This document shows positions 10,486-21,108 of a stretch of 64,000 nt of DNA, one piece after another. The notes beneath the pieces are model-generated. The model was not told the origin of the DNA. It worked only from the letters and a program-made list of their open reading frames with translations, and made no database searches. Every line of letters starts with the position of its first letter. Within the stretch, counting starts at the first letter, position 1. Source of the stretch: an uncultured Actinomyces sp. Its GTDB lineage: Bacteria; Actinomycetota; Actinomycetes; S36-B12. The stretch spans positions 13,904 through 77,903 of the forward strand of contig CAZICY010000002.1 in NCBI GenBank assembly GCA_964537955.1, read 5' to 3'. The position numbers and the translations under genes were made by a program.

Positions 10486-11367
10486 GTGTACGACGTCGCC
10501 CTCAGTGTGTCCGCGTGCGCGCGGTCCGGCACCCGCGCCGACGTCGCGTGGATGATCGCCCCCACGCCCTCGAACGACGCGGTGGCCTTCACCCCGGGCG
10601 GAGGCCGCGTGGGGCGGCTGGCGGGCGGGGCCTTCGACGGGCTGCTGGGGGACATCGCCGCCCGCAAGCTGTCGAGGGGGCGCGTGGTCCGGCATGAGGT
10701 CACCCCCATCGAGGCACCCCTGTGCGGGCTCGCCGTGGGCACGCCCGTGGAGTTCCTCATCGTCCCGGCCGAGCAGCTCCCGTCCGATATCTGGCCGCTC
10801 CTGCTCGCCCACCGGCCGGTCGGGATCCTCGCCGAGACCCAGGACGGCGACGTCATGTCCCTGGAGGTCGCCGCACCCGACACGGCGCAGGGCCGACTGG
10901 CCGAGATGCTGCGCGGGTCGGACCCGGCAGTGGTGGCCGAGGGGAGCGCCGTCATCACGGTGTTCGCCCCCATCCCTCGGCTGGTCATCGCCGGGGGAGG
11001 GCCCTTCGCCGAGGCCCTCGCTGCCCAGGGGCGCCTCCTGGGCTGGCAGGTGGCTGCCGAGACCCGGCCGGAGATGGTGACGGGCCTGGCCGCCAGCCTG
11101 TCCGATCTCGATGCCATCGTGGTCATGGGTCACGACGTGGAGACGTCGAGCCGCTGCCTGCTGGCCGCCCTGGAGAGCGATGCCGGCTACGTGGGGGCCC
11201 TGGGCTCCGAGGCGATGCAGCAGGCGCGGGCGGACTGGCTGGCCTATCGGGACGTCACGGACATCTCGCGCGTCCACGGGCCCGCCGGGCTGCCGCTGGG
11301 GGGTCGCACCCCCGCGGAGGTCGCCGTCTCCATCGTGGCCGAGATCCTCGACGAGCGGGCCGACTAG
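10486..11367 (+). CDS. XdhC/CoxF/CoxI-family molybdoenzyme maturation protein
   Basis: RLVIAGGG, VVMGHD, YVGALGS, VHGPAGLPLGGRTPAEVAVSIVAEI. Confidence 0.85.
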   Translation: MYDVALSVSACARSGTRADVAWMIAPTPSNDAVAFTPGGGRVGRLAGGAFDGLLGDIAARKLSRGRVVRHEVTPIEAPLCGLAVGTPVEFLIVPAEQLPSDIWPLLLAHRPVGILAETQDGDVMSLEVAAPDTAQGRLAEMLRGSDPAVVAEGSAVITVFAPIPRLVIAGGGPFAEALAAQGRLLGWQVAAETRPEMVTGLAASLSDLDAIVVMGHDVETSSRCLLAALESDAGYVGALGSEAMQQARADWLAYRDVTDISRVHGPAGLPLGGRTPAEVAVSIVAEILDERAD

Positions 11368-11472
11368 CCCGCGCCGAAGCCGGTCGGGCCCAGTCTGGTC
11401 ATTCCCCGGTTGCGGACCCCTCCGGCGGTAGTAGTTTGCCCGAATTGACTCCGCCTCGGAGAGGAGCAGGCC

Positions 11473-11709
11473 ATGGCCGTCGAATCCACCGGTCACGAGC
11501 GCGGCAACCCGCGCCTGTACGCGCTCATCGAGAACTCGCCCAAGGAGGGCGCCAGCCCCACCGTGTGGGCCTGGCCTCAGTTCGTCGAATTCCTCAAGGT
11601 CGCGGGCCAGCCCGTGCAGGGCCCGTGGCCTCCGCATCAGGAGCCGCGTCCCGATCCCGATGCCGACTCCATGCCCGTCGCCGTGCGCGACACCCAGGGC
11701 CAGGCCTGA
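11473..11709 (+). CDS. Small hypothetical protein leading the cox operon
   Basis: GAGGAG RBS, host-like codon usage, 21 bp before coxM. Confidence 0.65.
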   Translation: MAVESTGHERGNPRLYALIENSPKEGASPTVWAWPQFVEFLKVAGQPVQGPWPPHQEPRPDPDADSMPVAVRDTQGQA

Positions 11710-11730
11710 CAGCACACGCGAGAGGACCCC

Positions 11731-12609
11731 ATGTATCCACCACGTTTTGCCTACGACGCTCCCGCGTCCGTCGCTGAGGCGGTCGCGATCCTCGACCGCA
11801 GCAACGGCGAGGCCAAGGTGCTCGCCGGCGGGCAGAGCCTCATCCCGATGCTCAAGCTGAGGTTCGCCTCGCCCGAGCGCGTCGTCGACATCAACAACAT
11901 CCCGGGGCTCGACTACCACCGCCTCGATCCGGACGGCACGCTGCGCATCGGCGCGCTGTGCCGCCACGAGGACCTGGAGTACTCCGACGTCATCGCCGGC
12001 ACGTTCCCGACGCTGCACCAGGCGGCGGCCCTCGTGGCCGACCCGCTCGTGCGCACGCGCGGCACCTTCGTCGGGTCCGTCTGCCACGCCGACCCCCAGG
12101 GCGACTGGGCCGCCACGATGATCGCGCTGGGGGGCCGCATCGTCGCCCAGGGCCCGAACGGCCGCCGCGAGATCGCCATGAAGGACTTCGTGCTCGGCCC
12201 CTTCACCAATGCACTGGCCTACAACGAGATCGCCGTCGAGGCCGTGATCCCCCCGGCGAAGGGCAAGGCGAAGGGCGGCTACCTCAAGCTGGAGCGGCGC
12301 GTCGGCGACTTCGCCACCGCGTCCGTCGCCATCGCCTTGGACATGGACGGCCAGACCGTGAGCCGGGCCGGCTGCGCGCTGGCGGGCGTCGGCGGCAAGA
12401 CCATCGACGCCAACGACGCCATCTCGGGGGCCCTGGTCGGCAAGACGCTCGACGCCGCGAGCATCGCCGCGGCTGCCGAGGCGGTGGCGGCGGCCGCGGA
12501 CCCGCGCACCGACCATCGGGGCTCCGCGAGCTACAAGCGGCAGGTGGTCAAGACCTTCGTCACCCGCATCCTCACCAACATCGCCCAGTCCGAGCAGAAG
12601 GCAGCCTGA
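11731..12609 (+). CDS. coxM: CO dehydrogenase medium (FAD) subunit
   Basis: AGGQSLIPMLKLR, RGTFVGS..HADP, GDFA; first gene of M-S-L order. Confidence 0.92.
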   Translation: MYPPRFAYDAPASVAEAVAILDRSNGEAKVLAGGQSLIPMLKLRFASPERVVDINNIPGLDYHRLDPDGTLRIGALCRHEDLEYSDVIAGTFPTLHQAAALVADPLVRTRGTFVGSVCHADPQGDWAATMIALGGRIVAQGPNGRREIAMKDFVLGPFTNALAYNEIAVEAVIPPAKGKAKGGYLKLERRVGDFATASVAIALDMDGQTVSRAGCALAGVGGKTIDANDAISGALVGKTLDAASIAAAAEAVAAAADPRTDHRGSASYKRQVVKTFVTRILTNIAQSEQKAA

Positions 12610-12610
12610 C

Positions 12611-13132
<522 letters not shown>

Positions 13133-13140
13133 GAGACGAC

Positions 13141-15519
<2,379 letters not shown>

Positions 15520-15520
15520 C

Positions 15521-16111
15521 GTGATCATCACCCAGTCCTTTGACATCGACCAGCCGGTCGACAAGGTGTGGGAGTTCTTCGACGACGTGCCGCTCGTCGC
15601 GGCGTGCGTGCCGGGTGCGAACCTGACCAACAAGGTCGACGACGACCACTACCAGGGCGATGTCGTCATCTCAGCGGGTCCGGTCAAGCTCGAGTTCTCC
15701 GGTGAGCTCAAGATCAAGGACCGCAACGAGGCCAAGAAGACCCTCGTGCTCGATGGCGCCGGCGCCGACAAGAAGGGGCGCGGCAACGCCACGACCCAGC
15801 TGGACGTCGGGCTGCAGCCGATGGGTGGTGCGTCGACGAGAGTAAACATCTCCATGGACCTGCAGATCTCGGGTGCGGCCGCGCAGTACGGACGCGGACT
15901 CGTGCAGGACGTCACGGGAGTCCTCATCGACCAGACAGCAGGGTCGATGAAGGTGCGCATGCAGGCCCTCGCCCAGGGTCAGGACCCCTACGCGGTGGGT
16001 GGCCCTCAGGCTGCCAGTGGCATCGCCATCGGTTTCACAGCCTTCATGCGCGCGGTCAAGCGAGTCTTCGGCCGCTTCTTCCTTCCCTACAACCCGGCTC
16101 CGAGCCGCTGA
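15521..16111 (+). CDS. coxG: CoxG (SRPBCC-domain) protein with C-terminal amphipathic helix
   Basis: VW.FF.D...VAAC.PGA, GPVK..F.G, G.AAQYGRG; follows coxL. Confidence 0.85.
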   Translation: MIITQSFDIDQPVDKVWEFFDDVPLVAACVPGANLTNKVDDDHYQGDVVISAGPVKLEFSGELKIKDRNEAKKTLVLDGAGADKKGRGNATTQLDVGLQPMGGASTRVNISMDLQISGAAAQYGRGLVQDVTGVLIDQTAGSMKVRMQALAQGQDPYAVGGPQAASGIAIGFTAFMRAVKRVFGRFFLPYNPAPSR

Positions 16112-16125
16112 GAAGGAGGTAGGAC

Positions 16126-16380
16126 ATGAGCCTGTGGTGGATCGGAAACATCATTCTCCTCATCGTCGTCGTACCCGTGCTCGTGGCGCTCCTCAATCGG
16201 CTCCTGGCCGCCACGGAGAGCGTTCGAGGCGCGGCAGACGACACGCTGGCGGGGGGAGTAGCCCTCATCGGCGAACTCCACAACACGCCCGAACTCCTCG
16301 CGGAGACCGACGTGGTCATTGAGGAAGTCGCCAATGGCGCCGTGCGCTACGCCGGCCCCGTCTCGAAGCTGCTCGGATAG
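16126..16380 (+). CDS. Small single-TM membrane protein 1 (84 aa)
   Basis: AAGGAGG RBS; hydrophobic N-terminus then heptad-like amphipathic helix. Confidence 0.8.
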   Translation: MSLWWIGNIILLIVVVPVLVALLNRLLAATESVRGAADDTLAGGVALIGELHNTPELLAETDVVIEEVANGAVRYAGPVSKLLG

Positions 16381-16389
16381 GAGAGGCAC

Positions 16390-16617
16390 ATGCCAGCAGA
16401 AGCGATCGTGACCCTCATTCTCGCCGCACTGATCATTGCTGCGGCCGCGCTGGGACTCCTGCGCGTCATCTTCCATCTCCGGGCTGTCGCGAAGACGCTG
16501 GATGCACTCGACGGTGGCGTCAAGGTCATCGTCCAGCAGACCTCGACGGTGACCCCGGTGGTCGCCTCCGTCAACTCCAGCCTCGCCCCGGTGCGGGCCT
16601 TCGCGGAATCGATCTAA
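16390..16617 (+). CDS. Small single-TM membrane protein 2 (75 aa)
   Basis: AGGAG RBS; same TM plus coiled-coil layout. Confidence 0.8.
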   Translation: MPAEAIVTLILAALIIAAAALGLLRVIFHLRAVAKTLDALDGGVKVIVQQTSTVTPVVASVNSSLAPVRAFAESI

Positions 16618-16626
16618 GGAGAGCAC

Positions 16627-16881
16627 ATGGACTTCACCGGACATGAAGGCTGGCTCGTCGGCTACGTCATCGGCCTCGTGGTCGTGCTCGTCGTGGTTGC
16701 GCTGGTCGTGCCGATTCTGCTCCTGGCCTACCGCATCGGCAATCAGGCGGGTGGCATCCTCGACGGGCTCAAGCAGGCCGAGATCAATACCGCCGGCCTG
16801 GCCGGACTCAACGAGACCATCGCATCCGCGCTGGCCATCATCGATGGCTTGAAGCGCGGCCGGACCCGGCTGGGAGGCTGA
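16627..16881 (+). CDS. Small single-TM membrane protein 3 (84 aa)
   Basis: AAGGAG RBS; same layout. Confidence 0.8.
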   Translation: MDFTGHEGWLVGYVIGLVVVLVVVALVVPILLLAYRIGNQAGGILDGLKQAEINTAGLAGLNETIASALAIIDGLKRGRTRLGG

Positions 16882-16882
16882 C

Positions 16883-17158
16883 GTGGATCCCCAGGTCGAG
16901 CAACTCTGGCAGATGGCCAACATCCTCGGCATCGTCGTCGTGGTGGCCGTCGCCCTGCTCCTCACCATTCTCGTGCTGCTCGTCGCACGCATCCGCAAGC
17001 GCGTCGCCGCCATCAAGGCGACGCTCATCGCCGCCAAGGCCAACACCGCTGACACGGCGCTCATCACGACCACGGCCGGCGGCGTCGAGGCGGTGCTGGC
17101 CGAAGGCCTCGAGCACCACCTCTTCCTCGGCCGCGTCCTGGACAAGGTGCGGTCATGA
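16883..17158 (+). CDS. Small single-TM membrane protein 4 (91 aa)
   Basis: GGAGG RBS, GTG start; same layout; EHH near C-terminus. Confidence 0.8.
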   Translation: MDPQVEQLWQMANILGIVVVVAVALLLTILVLLVARIRKRVAAIKATLIAAKANTADTALITTTAGGVEAVLAEGLEHHLFLGRVLDKVRS

Positions 17159-17514
17159 GCGCCCTCGCCTGGTGGTCGGTCATCGACATCGTCGCCCTCA
17201 TCGCGGTCCTGGCGATCTACCTCTACGTCGTCGGCTCGCAGCTCAAGGCCATCGCCGCAGACCTGGAGGAGTCCGCCGAGTTGGTCTGGCAGATCAAGAA
17301 GGACGCTGAGGCGATCCAGCCGGGACTGACGTCGATCAACACCACGGGTCGCGTCGTCGCGGGAGCGCTGCCGCTGCTCTACGGCATGGGAGAGGGCATC
17401 GTGGCCGGTGCGACCTTCCAGCACGACGAGCACGAGGCCGAGGGAGTCGCCCGTCCGGCGATGGGCACGCGTCGCTCGCGCCTGCTCGAGGGCGTGGGAA
17501 TCACGCTCGACTAG
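17155..17514 (+). CDS. Small single-TM membrane protein 5 (119 aa)
   Basis: ATGA overlap with previous gene; same layout plus C-terminal extension. Confidence 0.8.
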   Translation: MSALAWWSVIDIVALIAVLAIYLYVVGSQLKAIAADLEESAELVWQIKKDAEAIQPGLTSINTTGRVVAGALPLLYGMGEGIVAGATFQHDEHEAEGVARPAMGTRRSRLLEGVGITLD

Positions 17515-17523
17515 CCGAGCCCG

Positions 17524-17976
17524 TCACGTCGACGGGGCGGATCCTGGCTGGGCCGGGTCGCGCCCCGTCGACAGGGCATCGGTGACCGGCGTCTCGTACT
17601 CGCCGATCCACTCGTCCTTCCACGCCTGGTCGAACTTCTCGACGTTGCAGCTCGGGTCGTAGATCGCGATGAGCTCGCGCGAGATCTGCTCGCGATGCGC
17701 CCTCGTGCCCCCGGGCACCTCCAGCCAGCAGACATGCAGGTTGAACTTGCCGTCGGCGCGCTTCACCCAGGCCTGGGCGCGGGGATGGCGCAGTGGGAAG
17801 CCCTCGGCTGACAGGTCATCGGAGTGCCCGACGTAGATCACGGAGAACTCCTGCGGCCGTGCGGGATTGGTCTTGGCCAAGACGGCGTAGACAGCCGGCA
17901 CGGGCGGAGGCGTCCAGCCGGCGAGCGAGCGGGGCCCTTCGAAGGAGTAGCCGGCGAGGCTGCCGAGGCGGATCAT
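17524..17976 (-). CDS. GIY-YIG-like hypothetical protein (catalytic residues apparently substituted)
   Basis: AVYAV...IYVG and ELIAIYDPSCN; ATG at 17976 overlaps upstream stop. Confidence 0.6.
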   Translation of the reverse strand: MIRLGSLAGYSFEGPRSLAGWTPPPVPAVYAVLAKTNPARPQEFSVIYVGHSDDLSAEGFPLRHPRAQAWVKRADGKFNLHVCWLEVPGGTRAHREQISRELIAIYDPSCNVEKFDQAWKDEWIGEYETPVTDALSTGRDPAQPGSAPST

Positions 17977-18266
17977 TCCGTCTCGTCGAGATCGGCGTAG
18001 TCCTCGTCCTCGGCGATGGTCTCGGCCCGAGCCACGGGCCACGCCGGCAGGGACGTGGTCGCCACCGCCTCGGTGAACTTCTCGATGGCGATGTCGACGG
18101 CGGCGTCGGAGTTGTCGGCCTCGACGATGATCTGGGCGCCGTAGCCCATCGTGCCGAAGCCCGAGGCAATGCCGCCGAGGCCCGCGACCGCGTCGGCGAG
18201 CTCGACGACCTCCTCGAGGCTCACCTCTCGATCGCCCTCGGTCTCGAGGGAGACGCTGTATCTCAT
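17973..18266 (-). CDS. Acidic small hypothetical protein (possible ferredoxin-like fold)
   Basis: 2 bp after coxE stop; alternating strand/helix pattern. Confidence 0.7.
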   Translation of the reverse strand: MRYSVSLETEGDREVSLEEVVELADAVAGLGGIASGFGTMGYGAQIIVEADNSDAAVDIAIEKFTEAVATTSLPAWPVARAETIAEDEDYADLDETE

Positions 18267-18268
18267 GG

Positions 18269-19432
18269 CTATCCCACCTTCGGCAGTCGCTCGGCCAGGC
18301 GCTCGAGGCTAGCGAGGTTGTGGCCGGAGTGCACCTCGTCGATGTAGGGATCCGCGACGATCATGCCCAGGGATGCCGGGACATAGACCGGGGCGTCGCC
18401 GCGGTGCGGATTGACCCAGATGACGCGATGGGCCAGGCGGCCCAGAGCCTCCATGGCCTCCTCGAGCTGCGCAGGATCGCCGCGATCGAGCCCGTCCGAG
18501 CAGATCACGACGATCGCGCCCCGGCCCAGTCGTGTGCGCCGCGCCTCGCGGGTGAACTCCTTGAGGGAGTCGCCGATGCGCGTGCCGCCATCCCAGTCGA
18601 GTACGGCCTCACCTGCCTGGCGCATCGCCTGGTCGGGGTCTCGCCGGTCGAGTGCGCGCGTGATGCGTGAGAGTCGCGTGCCGAAGCAGTACACCTCGAC
18701 CTTGGCGTTGGCGCGCTTGGCGGAGTAGGCGAACTGCAGCAGATTGCGCGAGTAGTCGGCCATGGATCCGGACACATCGAGGATGAGGACCAGGGGGCGG
18801 AGCTTGGTCTTGCGCTGCTTGTAGGCCAGCTCGCGGGGTTCGCCCATGGAGCGCATGGTGTCGCGCGCCATCCGGCGCATGTCGAGCCGCGCGCTGCGGC
18901 GTGCCCGAGTCGTGCGATGGGTGCGGCGTCGCGGGGGAGTGACGCGCATGCGCGCCATGAGGCGGCGCAACTGGCGCAGCTCCTCGTCGGAGCAGTCGGC
19001 GAAGGCCTTGTGCCGGTACACCTCCGAGGTGCTCGCGACGTAGCCCAGCTTGGCCTCGTCGGGGCTCACGTCCCCTGGCAGGCCCTCCTCCGTGTTCGGG
19101 ATCTCGAGCGTGGCCCCGGCGTTGGCCGAGGCGCGCATCATCCGCTTGCGCTCGTCCGTGCGGACCGGATCGACGTCGAGGAAGTAGGTGCGGAAGACGA
19201 TGTTGTAGATCGGGACGTGCTCGCGCCGGCGGACGAGGGTCGCGCGGCCGGACCAGTAGACGTCCATGAGGTCGGTGACGTCGAGGTGGGCGCTGCCCTC
19301 GCAGAAGGTGAGCACGTCGTCCGTGCCCACGGGGAGTCCTGCCGCGCGCAGGGCGTGGCAGAAGCCGACGAGGAGCGCGTCGAATCCGTCGGGCTGGCCC
19401 GGATCCGACAGGGCGATCTCAGGCGACGACAT
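18269..19432 (-). CDS. coxE: CoxE-like VWA-domain protein
   Basis: MIDAS DVSGSM, FGTRL, WDGGTRIG, SDGLD, WVNP. Confidence 0.88.
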   Translation of the reverse strand: MSSPEIALSDPGQPDGFDALLVGFCHALRAAGLPVGTDDVLTFCEGSAHLDVTDLMDVYWSGRATLVRRREHVPIYNIVFRTYFLDVDPVRTDERKRMMRASANAGATLEIPNTEEGLPGDVSPDEAKLGYVASTSEVYRHKAFADCSDEELRQLRRLMARMRVTPPRRRTHRTTRARRSARLDMRRMARDTMRSMGEPRELAYKQRKTKLRPLVLILDVSGSMADYSRNLLQFAYSAKRANAKVEVYCFGTRLSRITRALDRRDPDQAMRQAGEAVLDWDGGTRIGDSLKEFTREARRTRLGRGAIVVICSDGLDRGDPAQLEEAMEALGRLAHRVIWVNPHRGDAPVYVPASLGMIVADPYIDEVHSGHNLASLERLAERLPKVG

Positions 19433-20291
19433 CCTGGATGCTCTTCGAGGCGAAGTCCAGGTCGTCGCGGTCCTTGATCACGGCGCCGAGGGTGTCGAGG
19501 GCGGCGTCGTCGGTGAGGGAGTCCACGCCGAGGGCATCGAGGCTCTCCGCCCAGTCGATGGTCTCGGCGACGCCGGGGGGCTTCTCGAGGTCCATCTCGC
19601 GCAGTCGATTGACGGCGGCGACCACCTGGGCGGCGAGCGCGGCCTCGACCTGCGGCAGTCGCGTGCGCACGATCGCCACCTCGCGGTCTGCGGGAGGGAA
19701 TCCGATCCACGTGTAGAGGCAGCGGCGCTTGAGGGCGTCATGGAGCTCGCGCGTGCGGTTGGAGGTGAGGATCACGATGGGCCTGGCCTCCGCGCGGATC
19801 GTGCCCATCTCGGGGATCGTCACCTGGAAGTCGCCCAGGAGCTCGAGCAGGAAGGCCTCGAACTCGTCGTCGGCGCGGTCCACCTCGTCGATGAGCAGGA
19901 CGCTGCGATCACCGGCCCGCACGGCCTGGAGGAGGGGGCGCTCGAGGAGGAAGCGAGGGCCGAAGAGGTCCGCCTCGGCATCTGCGGCGTCCGCCTGGCT
20001 CAGGGAGCGGATGTGGAGCATCTGACGGGCGTAGTCCCACTCGTAGAGCGCATGGTGGATGTCGATGCCCTCGTAGCACTGCAGGCGGATGAGGTCCCGG
20101 CCCAGCATGGTGGCGAGGGTCTTGGCGAGCTCGGTCTTTCCGACGCCGACCTCTCCTTCGAGCAGCAGCGGCTTGCCGAGCTTGAGGGACAGCAGGACGG
20201 ACGTGGCGAGGCCGCGGTCGGCGATGTAGCCCTGGGCGAGGAGGTCCTCGGTCAGCCCGGGGACGGTCAGGGAGTCGAAGGCGCTGCTCAC
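19419..20291 (-). CDS. coxD: CoxD/MoxR-family AAA+ ATPase
   Basis: GEVGVGKT, RLQCYEG, LLIDEVD, TSNRTRELHDALKRRC, PGVAETIDW. Confidence 0.9.
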   Translation of the reverse strand: MSSAFDSLTVPGLTEDLLAQGYIADRGLATSVLLSLKLGKPLLLEGEVGVGKTELAKTLATMLGRDLIRLQCYEGIDIHHALYEWDYARQMLHIRSLSQADAADAEADLFGPRFLLERPLLQAVRAGDRSVLLIDEVDRADDEFEAFLLELLGDFQVTIPEMGTIRAEARPIVILTSNRTRELHDALKRRCLYTWIGFPPADREVAIVRTRLPQVEAALAAQVVAAVNRLREMDLEKPPGVAETIDWAESLDALGVDSLTDDAALDTLGAVIKDRDDLDFASKSIQDVVA

Positions 20292-20298
20292 GCGATGC

Positions 20299-20583
20299 TC
20301 AGTTCGGGTCGCCGAAGACGAGGTCGGCGAGAGACCCGCTGCCCAGCTTGCCCTCACGGGCCAGGGTGTTGCGCCAGGCCTCGCGCAGGTCCACGCCCTC
20401 CTCGGCGAATCCGTCGAAGGTGACGTCCTTCATGTTGCGGCAGGCCTTCGTCGGGCTGCACTCGGCCTCGAGGTCCTCGAGTGCCCCCGGGGTGCCCTGC
20501 CAGACGGTGCGCAACACGTCTGCGGGGCCCGGCGAGTCGGCCACGCCGCCTGCGTCGGGCCGACCCTGCGCGTCAGCGTCCAT
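20299..20583 (-). CDS. Small hypothetical protein leading the coxD-coxE operon
   Basis: GGGAGG RBS before ATG 20583; 7 bp from coxD start; CSPTKAC. Confidence 0.6.
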   Translation of the reverse strand: MDADAQGRPDAGGVADSPGPADVLRTVWQGTPGALEDLEAECSPTKACRNMKDVTFDGFAEEGVDLREAWRNTLAREGKLGSGSLADLVFGDPN

Positions 20584-20682
20584 GAAGCCTCCCTTGCTCG
20601 TGGTGAGGGTAACAGCGCGGGGATAGCGCCGCAGGTCGGCGGCCCGGTCGCCCGGATGCCCGATCTCCCTCACAATCGAGCC

Positions 20683-21108
20683 ATGCGCCCCGTGATCGCT
20701 CTCCTCGCCGCTGCCGTCGTCCCGGTGCTGATCGTGTCCGCTGCGCCCGGCGCCGCAGCAGCCCCGGACCTGTCCGGCCGGTGGGTCTCGGACTCGCTTC
20801 GCGACAACCGCATCGGCTACTTCCTCACCCTGCGCGCGGCCCCCGACGGAGCCAAGGGGCACGTCGGCCACCTGCGCTTCGAACGCCAGGACGGCCAGCG
20901 GGATGCCCGCATGCCGGTGGCGGTCACCGTCGCGGGCGACCGTGTCGTGATCACCTCGCGGGAGGGGAGGTTCGACAGGGCTGGGCGCACGATCGCCGCA
21001 CGCCTCGACGGCCGCGGCACGCTGGTCCTCACCAACTGCCTCGACCGCCTCCAGCAGGTGATGTCGTGGGACCTCGCCTCGGACTGCACCCTGCGCCTGC
21101 AGCGCTAG
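20683..21108 (+). CDS. Secreted hypothetical protein (small beta-barrel-like)
   Basis: Signal peptide, DLSGRW motif, two Cys. Confidence 0.55.
   Translation: MRPVIALLAAAVVPVLIVSAAPGAAAAPDLSGRWVSDSLRDNRIGYFLTLRAAPDGAKGHVGHLRFERQDGQRDARMPVAVTVAGDRVVITSREGRFDRAGRTIAARLDGRGTLVLTNCLDRLQQVMSWDLASDCTLRLQR

Noticed and set aside
11420-11461. Imperfect inverted repeat upstream of the cox operon as a riboswitch
   Set aside because: Pairing is loose and plausible by chance at this GC content; it probably overlaps the -10 element; a covariance-model search would be needed
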